Assembly: GCA_965203295.1 (NCBI GenBank)
Contig: CBDBCZ010000018.1
Coordinates: 672,001-736,000 of the forward strand
Length of the DNA: 64,000 bases
Source: Nitrospirales bacterium
GTDB taxonomy: Bacteria; Nitrospirota; Nitrospiria; Nitrospirales; UBA8639
Direction: 5' to 3'
Shown piece by piece: positions 55,984 to 64,000 of this stretch. The notes under the pieces are model-generated. The model made no database searches. It saw only the letters and a list, made by a program, of their open reading frames with translations, and had not been told where the DNA came from. Position numbers and translations under genes: made by a program. Every line of letters starts with the position of its first letter. The stretch's first letter is position 1.

Positions 55984-56881
55984 TTAAACAACATTGCCTA
56001 TTTCTACTTTAGTATCTCCTCCCCAACCTCCACCTGCAATTAGTTGGTTGCTAGGCAACACAACTACTAGTGTCCGGAATCGAGGTGCAGCCATGTGTCC
56101 CATGTCTTGCCAGGAGTCAGAGGTAGGGTCGTAGGCAACATTGGCTGAAGTGTGCTTGTCATGTTTATCACACCCACCGATAGCTAGTAGCTGGCCTCCG
56201 ACACTAACCGCTGTAGAGAAGTAGTAAGGTGCGTCAGCGGCTTGTCGCCATACTACTCTTGATTGGCTGTTTCTTACTGTTGATGTAGTAGATCAGTGGT
56301 GAGAACTGACAGAGTTCGGTCGCCATTCTGATCGTAGCCACCCAGCAGGTAGAGTAAGTCTTCACACACTGTAATGGAAGCCCAGTACATCGGGAGTGGG
56401 AGGGAGGCGGCTGAGGACCACTGCCATAACTCAGTGTCCAGTATTTCAACTGCACTCACTCTCCTGCCACCATCACCACTCCCCCCGGCGGCTATCACGT
56501 TCCTCCCCCTGCACACTGCTGCAAGCCAGTAGCGTGCCGTGGGCATCCGTGGGAATAGTTCCACCCACTTGCTGTCCTTGCCCTTCCCAATGAGGCTGGC
56601 TAGGGAGTTGGTGGGTCGGCCATTGTATTCTCCCCCTCCCACAGTAGTGAGCCTCCCCTCTGCCATCACCAGGGCGGAGTTCTTGCTAGGGCAGTCAAGT
56701 AGTCGCCACCATTGCTGTTGTTGTGACTCGTAGCAGTACAGCGCAGTAGAGCCATAAGGGTTGAAGTAGGCCATGTTCCCGTGGGAGGCAGCAGCTCCTC
56801 TCCGCATGCTCGCTGGTGCATCTCTGGCTTTCCGCCATCTTATTCCTCTGATAGTGATCCGCTGTTGCCCAGTAGCCTGCC
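55984..56881 (-). pseudogene. Kelch exon copy 2, disrupted
   Basis: Premature TAA at about 56274, a 9-nt deletion (SSI lost) and a frameshift just downstream, relative to copies 1 and 3. Confidence 0.88.
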
Positions 56882-59147
56882 CTGTGAGCGGTAGTGTGTG
56901 TGTGTAATGGCGGAACAGGTGAAGCTAGCAGCTTCCGGAGTGAAAGATTATTCATCGCTTGTTTAGTCTACGCCATTAGCTGCACAATAGCACCCACTTA
57001 AGCTCTACAGGAAGTTAGACATGCATAATCTCTACCGCTAACCTAGCTGAGACAGCTGTGGTGTTACAGCTAGTGTAGCGAAGAGACAGCTATCTTGTGT
57101 TACCGCTGAGAGCTCTGTGGTAGCTACTAGTTTACTGTAGAGTGTGCAGGGAGTGATTGCAGTAGTACAGTCATACAAGAATCACTCGGTGTGCATAGCT
57201 AGCTTATCTGCTAGCTGTGTAGTATCCCCAGTTACAGAGTTGCAGCTGTGCTGATCCTACTGCTGAATCGCAAGGAATACTTACTAAAATCAGCAGTATA
57301 CATGTCATGAGTAATATCGTCATGTGATACTACATCCAATTATGCAATTTTCTTCCCCCCCTCCCCCATTCATATGCATACACACGAACTTCAGCAATTA
57401 AAAAAAGTACTTGTGTGAGAGGTGAAGAATGCGCTTAAGACATGCACAAAGGTCAGTGTGGGTACCAAACAGCAGTATATATACCCCCCTCCCCCCGCTA
57501 TTCCCTGTAGTTAAAGAAATCGTCCAGGTGTACACGTACTATACTCAGAATTTCGGGCAAATTTTAGAAACTAAGCATGACAAGTACATGTAACTCCCAT
57601 ACAAGTGTGCAGCGTACTCACTCCCCAGGCTCCTACTCCAGTCCTACACACAGCGAAAAAGCTTTGGGTGGAGTCTGGGAGCAAGACACAAGGCTATGTA
57701 CGGTATCCCTAGCTAAAGTGCCTACTGTTGAGTGCAAAATTCAGTGTATGCTTTTCGTACTGGCAGTATACATATACATGCTTATTAATATGTGAAACGT
57801 AAGAATTTGCCACATTTATTCCCCCACACATACACGCACAGACACCTTTGTGCGGTGAAATGTTGGAATAAAAATCCTGTTTCCTAGCTGACGCTGAAGG
57901 CTTGCACAAACGTCATTGTGTGCACCAATGACCCTGTACCCAGGCCCCTCCCCCTCCCCCTCGCAAATTTCCTGTAGCGATTGATAGCACTGTCCACAGC
58001 TGCTATAAATTATGGCCAAGAAACTGTGGCGACCATGGCCGCTACTGTTCCACTGCCACTGCTTTGTCAGCAGCTGAAAAAATCTTTATGGGAAGGTCAG
58101 GCATTGTTTTTGCACTGATTACTACCTGGACATGTACATGTATAGGCAAAGTCCATGTGATACCACAACCAAAATTATGCATTTCTCCATGCAGACACAC
58201 ACACACAGACAACTTTGCATAACAAAAATATGATGCTAAAGATATGCATGCACGAAGGTCAGTGTGTGTATATCCTAGCCTTGTTCCCAGGCTCCAGTGC
58301 CCAGCAATTTTAGCATGTGGAGAAACATGGGCAGGGAGCCTGGTACATGTACATGTGTACATGCATGTCTCATGATGTCGTGTACATGGTGTAGGGTGGT
58401 TTTGCTAAATCAATTTCTGTTTAAGGTAAGAAGCAGACACTGTAGTCTGGCCTTCCCATGAGAATGTTACAATGGCTTTATCAGCTGGAACATTTATGGT
58501 TGCCAAGACTACTACTTGTACAAAAAGTTGTGATGTCATGTTGTCAGTTTGTAAGCACAAGTTGTACATCATGTAAACTCACATTATATGCTCTAGCTTT
58601 ATCAATACAGAACCTCCAGCCCCACAATGATATAGCATTTCCTAAACAGTAGCAAGGAGTTCCTTTGCCAAGCCAAACCAAACTCACTTTGTTTCAAGTA
58701 ATTCCTCACTCTCTCTCTCTCAACTTTGCTTTGTACATGGATTTAGACTTTGTTGGTTGTATGGGGACTTTCTCACATTTTAAAAGTATATTGCTTGGGT
58801 CTGCTATGAAGGATACACTATTGCGTGTGTTGTCATAGTAACTGCTTGTAATGGGAGGCTGAAGTAGCCTTCCACATGTGCATGCATGTAGTGCTACAAT
58901 ACAATAGTGATGTTGGCCAAACCGCTGTCTGCAGTTGCACTCATAAGCTTCCACCATTTCACCCCCACTGTTAGTGGAAATAGATGAGTAGCCTCCCCTG
59001 AATTGTCAGTCTACTGACAGATAAAGCCTTCAGATTTCGAAGTAATTGTGTTATTAAGCAATTTGCATTCACTGTGCATTCACTATGAGCCTCAGTCAAA
59101 AACGTTTTGACGATGATAATCATGGTCTGAAGCTGGTGAGTGCTACA

Positions 59148-59190
59148 CTGCACTGATGAGGCCCAAATAGGCCGAAACAGCTGCTTACAG
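59148..59190 (+). ncRNA. Minimal type-I hammerhead-ribozyme-like motif (probably degenerate)
   Basis: ctgca-CTGATGA-ggcc-caaata-ggcc-GAAA-cagctg-ct-tacag: intact core boxes, stem II and a palindromic stem III; cleavage triplet and stem I are imperfect. Confidence 0.6.
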
Positions 59191-59411
59191 CCGTATTTGT
59201 TTTCAAGAGTACTAATTGGAAACTTACATGAATAATACTGTTTGATGTAACCAAATCACTGCTAATCTGTGGTGTAAGGCTGTACATTATTGAATTACTG
59301 CGGTCATTATGTGGCTAATGGCTTTCACACATGATTGTGTGTTTACCCTAGCCTTGGCTCCCTGCACAGTATTTTAGTATGGGTTCCTTCGTACATCACA
59401 TTATGTCACAT

Positions 59412-60189
59412 ACTGGGACCGCAAGCTAACGCAGCTATCGGCGCGCGCCCCCGGTCGCCATGGAAATAGGTTCAGGAATGGGGTCACGAGCGTTCCATCG
59501 TATCGTATATAGACAGACAGTGACGAGCGTTTGGTCGCGGACGTGTGTCATCTGAATGATACTGGAGGCTAACTTTCACAGGTGCCAGTGATCCCGCGAG
59601 AGACAACTGTACGCGCGCACTACGCGGTCTTAACTTTCACGTGAAAGTGTATAATAATCATGTGACCTAGAGTGCCACACCCCCATTGCTATAGCTTGGC
59701 CGCATGGATTCCTGAGAGCTCGAGGCGGTATATTCATCGTCCGAGTAGCGCCCCCAATCTTGTACCAAGGGACACCTTTCCATTTCGTATCTTCGCTGTA
59801 AGTTACAGTATAGCGTGAAGATTCATTCTAGCGCCACGCCCTTTAGTTAGTTTCCGTATGTATCTCTGCAAATACCAGCGCTAAGCCTTAGTTCAAGGCG
59901 GTGCCAGTGATGGATCAAGTCTAGCTACAGCATGACAACGTATCATCGCCTGGTATGTCCGTTTAATATACCGCCTCAATAACAATAGTTCTTCGACCCT
60001 ACTGAGTAGGCGGGGCTTCATGTTCCTTTCGTTCCCGTGGGCGTGGTCGGTGATGACGTCATAAGGTGTAGAATGAGTGGGGCTACATTTTGGTGCCCTT
60101 CTTGCATGCCTGCACCACCTAAAAGTCTGAGATATGGACCTTAGAAATAGGGCAAGAATCATCAAATTCTCTGTGGTCCCAGTCCTTAA
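59412..60189. mobile_element. Putative CpG-rich non-autonomous DNA transposon
   Basis: Inverted ends actgggaccgca / tgtggtcccagt; the right end is followed by ccttaa. Confidence 0.4.
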
Positions 60190-61502
60190 TGCACCTGAGC
60201 AGGCACTTAATTAATATCAGCTGTTAGGCAATCCTGTGACCTTACAGCTGCTAAACATTCACAGCGTGATGTTTTGCCACTTGCGGTTGTGGAGTTACTG
60301 ATTTTAACTAAACTTCATAATTGTTTGTTCAGCCGTCCCCAGTTACATAATAAACTTCATAATAAAAGGAGATAGTATTCATAAGTTCTTGGCACTATAA
60401 TCAGTAGGTTAAGGATGTTTTTTTTTTTGAGGTAGGTTATTTTCCTTAAAAATTCCTTATAGAACATGTAGCTGGTTAGATTTTTATTAATCGCTGTCTA
60501 CATGTACAGCCTCACAAGCTACTAAACATTCACCCCATGATGTACATGTACATTAAATGATTTTTACAAAAATTATCATGGTCAATTAAATGAAATATTT
60601 TTTCTGTAAACAGAGTGTATGTGGTTTTGTTTTGTTTATTTATGGATAGGATCTGTGCAATCTCCCTCCCTGCCCTAATTTTTGATTTTGGATAAACCGG
60701 TACACTCCAGTAGAATATAGCCTTCTGAATGTCCCTAAGGCTAGTCTGGCCCCGGGCGAGATCCTCACTCTAAGATTCTGACCCTGCGAGACTTGCCCAA
60801 GGCTAACTTCTCTGAGTGCTACATGTAGCTAGACCGTGATCGTGCGAGTCTGCAACTATGGAAGGGCGGGGCTCACGCAGGCAGCCAGGCACGTGCTAGG
60901 GATGTGCGCGCCACACCTACCAGGCGCCTTCACAGAAAGAGAGATTTTTGTCTGGCCCGTATCCCTTGGATACAGTTCAGTAGCTGCTCCAGTTTTTTGT
61001 TAGGTAGCTAGCTAGAGCTAGCGTGCTTGCTGTGCAGCTTCAAACTGAAGTTGCTGTAGTCTCGCCAGCTTTATTGCCTAGCTGTGAATTGTAGTTCATA
61101 CAGAGCGACACAGACATGTCGACAACAGGAGGCGAACAGCTGGTCAGTGCTAATATGTGTTGTTCTTAAAGCCTTTTCTCCCGTGCGGGTCGCAAAAGCT
61201 TTCTGTACTGCCAACTACCGTGCTAATGGCGGCTGGACCCTTCAAAGCATTTTTTGGCTCATTTGTTGCCTTTTCCTATGTAAGCCTGAGCCGTGCGTAG
61301 GCCAGGGTCAGTCGCCACAGCGGGGTAAGTGGCCATGCCAACTGCTATTGTACCGTAGATAGCCGCGCGGTGGTCATGGTGGTGGAAAAAAACTTTTCTG
61401 GCCTCTAAAACGCTGTTTTTACAGAAAAGTACAAAAACGTAAACAATAAACAACAACAAACAAGAAAACAAGATTGCGACATGGAAAGTACAAGAAAACA
61501 AT

Positions 61503-62404
61503 TTAAACAACATTGCCTATTTCTACTTTAGTAAGTCCTCCATAGCCTCCAGCTGCAATTAGTTGGTTGCTAGGCAACACAGCTACTAGTGTGGCGTATC
61601 GAGGTGTAGCCATGTGTCCCATGTCTTGCCAGGAGTCAGAGGTAGGGTCGTAGCCAACAATGGCTGAAGTGTCCTCGTAATGTTCATCCTGCCCACCGAT
61701 AGCTAGTAGCTGGCCTCCGACACTAACAGCTGTAGACCCATAGTAAGGAGCGTCAGCGGTACGACGCCATGCTGCAGGCTGATTGGCTGTTTCTTGCTGT
61801 TGATGTAGTAGCTCAGTGATGGAGGAGGTGAGTACTGACAGAGTTCGGTCGCCATTCTGATCGAGGCCACCCAGCAGGTAGAGTAAGTCTTCACACACTG
61901 TAATGGAAGCCCTGGTCATCGGGTGTGGGAGGGAGGCGGCTGAGGACCACTGCCGTAACTCAGTGTCCAGGATTTCAACAGCACTCACTATCCTGCCACC
62001 ATCACTCCCCCCGGCGGCTATCACGTTCCTCCCCCTGCACACTGCTGCAAGGTCGTAGCGTGCCGTGGGCATCCGTGGGAATAGTTCCACCCACTTGCTG
62101 TCCTCGTCCTCCCCAGTGAGGCTGGCTAGGGAGTTGGTGGGTCGGGGATATTGCCAGCCTCCCACAGTAGTGAGCCTCCCCTCTATCATCACCAGGGCAG
62201 AGTTCTTGCTAGGGCAGTCAGGTAGCCGCCGCCATTGCTGTTGTTGTGACTCGTAGCAGTACAGCGCAGTAGAGCCACCAGGGTTGAAGTAGGCCATGTT
62301 CCCGTGGGAGGCAGCAGCTCCTCTGTACATGCTCGCTGGTGCATCACTGGCTTTCCGCCATCTTATCCCTCTGATAGTGATCCGCTGTTGCCCAGTAGCC
62401 TGCC
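61503..62404 (-). CDS. Kelch-repeat beta-propeller terminal exon, copy 3 (intact)
   Basis: Open from acceptor ctcacag/GG at 62404 to the stop at 61503; six Kelch-like repeats. Confidence 0.9.
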
Positions 62405-64000
62405 CTGTGAGTGGTAGTGTGTGTGTGTAATGGCGGAACAGGTAAAGCTAGCAGCTTCCAAAGTGAGAGATTATTCATCGCTTGTTTAGTCTACGCCATT
62501 AGCTGAACAATAGCAGCCACTTAAGCTCTACAGGAAGTTAGACACGCGCGATCGCTACCGCTAACCTATATAGCTGAGACAGCTGTGGTGTTACCGCTAG
62601 TGTAGCGAAGAGACAGCTATGGTGTGTTACCGCTAAGATCTCTGTGGTAGCTACTGGTCTACTGTAGCGTGTGCAGGGAGTGATTGCAGTAGTACAGTCA
62701 TCCGAGAATCACTCGGTGTGCATAGCTAGCTTGTCTGCTAGCTGTAGACTGTGTACAGCTGGTACTGTCATTGTACAGGCCCGGCTGGTTGCTGATCAAG
62801 TAGCTAGCTGTGTCATGCACATTTCAGTTGTGTGTTGTGTGCATTTAGCAATGGCTACTAGGTCTGTTTGCTGTGTGGTGACCTTTGAACCCTGTAGTCC
62901 TGCATGGCAGTAGTGTGCAGTATCCCCAGTTACAGAGTTGCAGCTGTACTGATCCTACTGCTGAGTTGCAAGGAATACTTACTAAATCAGCAGTATATAT
63001 GAGTAATATCGCCATGTGATACTACGTCCAATTATGCAATTTTCTCCCCCCCCCCCTCGTTCGTATGCATACACACGAACTTCAGCCAATACAAAAAAGT
63101 ACTGGTGCGATGAAGATAGGAGAAGAATGCGCTGAAGATATGCACAAAGGACAGTGTGGGTACCAAGTAGCCTCGTACATATCCCCCCCCTCCCCTCCAC
63201 GCTATTTCCTGTGGTTAAAAGAAATCGTCCAGCTGTACATGTACTGTACTCAGAATTTCCGGCAAAATTTTCTGTGTCCGGAACTATAAGCATGACAAGT
63301 ACATGTAACTCCCATACAAGTGTGCAGCGTACCCAGGCTCCTACTCCAGTCCTACACACAGCGAAAAGGGGTGGAATCTGGGAGCAAGGCACAAGGCTAT
63401 GTACGGTATCCCTAGCTAAAGTGCGTACTGTTGAGTGCAAAATTCAGTGTACGCTTTCCATATCAGCAGTATACATGTACTTAACATGTGATACGCAAGA
63501 ATTTTTCCCCCACACATATATACACGCACAGACACCTAGCTGATGCTGAAGGCTTGCACAAAGGTCAGTGTGTGTACCAAGTAGCCTCGTACATATTCCC
63601 CCCTCAGCTATTTCCTGTGGTTAAAATAAATAGTCCAGCTGTACATGTACTGTACTCAGAATTTCTGGCAAAAATTTGTTTTTCGTTTTCCGGAAACTAA
63701 GCAGGCAAGTACACATGTACACTGTGCATGTAACTCCCATACAAGTATGCAGCGTACCCAGGCTCCAACTCCAGTCTTTCTTTTTACACACAGCGAAAAA
63801 GCTTGGGGGTGGAGTCTGAGAGCAAAGGCACAAGGCTATGTACGGTATCCCTAGCTAAAGTGCCTACTGTTGAGTGCAAAATTCAGTGTACGCTTTCCAT
63901 ACTAGCAGTATACATGTACATGCATGTTAATATATGATACGTAAGAATTTGCCACATTTTTTCCCCCCACACATACACACAGACACCTTTGTGCGATGAA

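Overview
Intron-rich eukaryotic (animal) genomic DNA. The gene content and repeat families look demosponge-like (inference). Hand-spliced gene models: (1) + strand 399-18593, 5'-partial, with ankyrin repeats, a CARD-like exon, a death-effector/TRADD-N-like module and a second ankyrin block. The core of that block is a tandem array of nine near-identical 99-nt phase-0 ankyrin exons (two decayed) whose amino-acid variation falls almost only on predicted ligand-contact positions. (2) A DNAJC8-like gene relic. (3) A - strand beta-TrCP-like WD40 gene with no visible F-box and with degron-binding arginines replaced. (4) A - strand gene with two death domains, the same DED/TRADD-N-like module and a TKL kinase (51023-41219). 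(5) Three segmentally duplicated Kelch propeller exons (one pseudogene) with variation concentrated in surface loops, plus an orphan death-domain terminal exon. Interspersed are a Zisupton/KDZ-like DNA transposon (8-bp TSD) with a nested Penelope-like GIY-YIG fragment, hAT, pogo-like and LINE relics, many MITEs, a perfect 41-bp hairpin and a hammerhead-ribozyme-like motif. The leading hypothesis is an innate-immune or recognition cluster built on diversifying repeat-scaffold binders, especially a DARPin-like ankyrin cassette-exon array, linked to death-fold signalling. All exon boundaries and alignments were read by eye and no database search was run.
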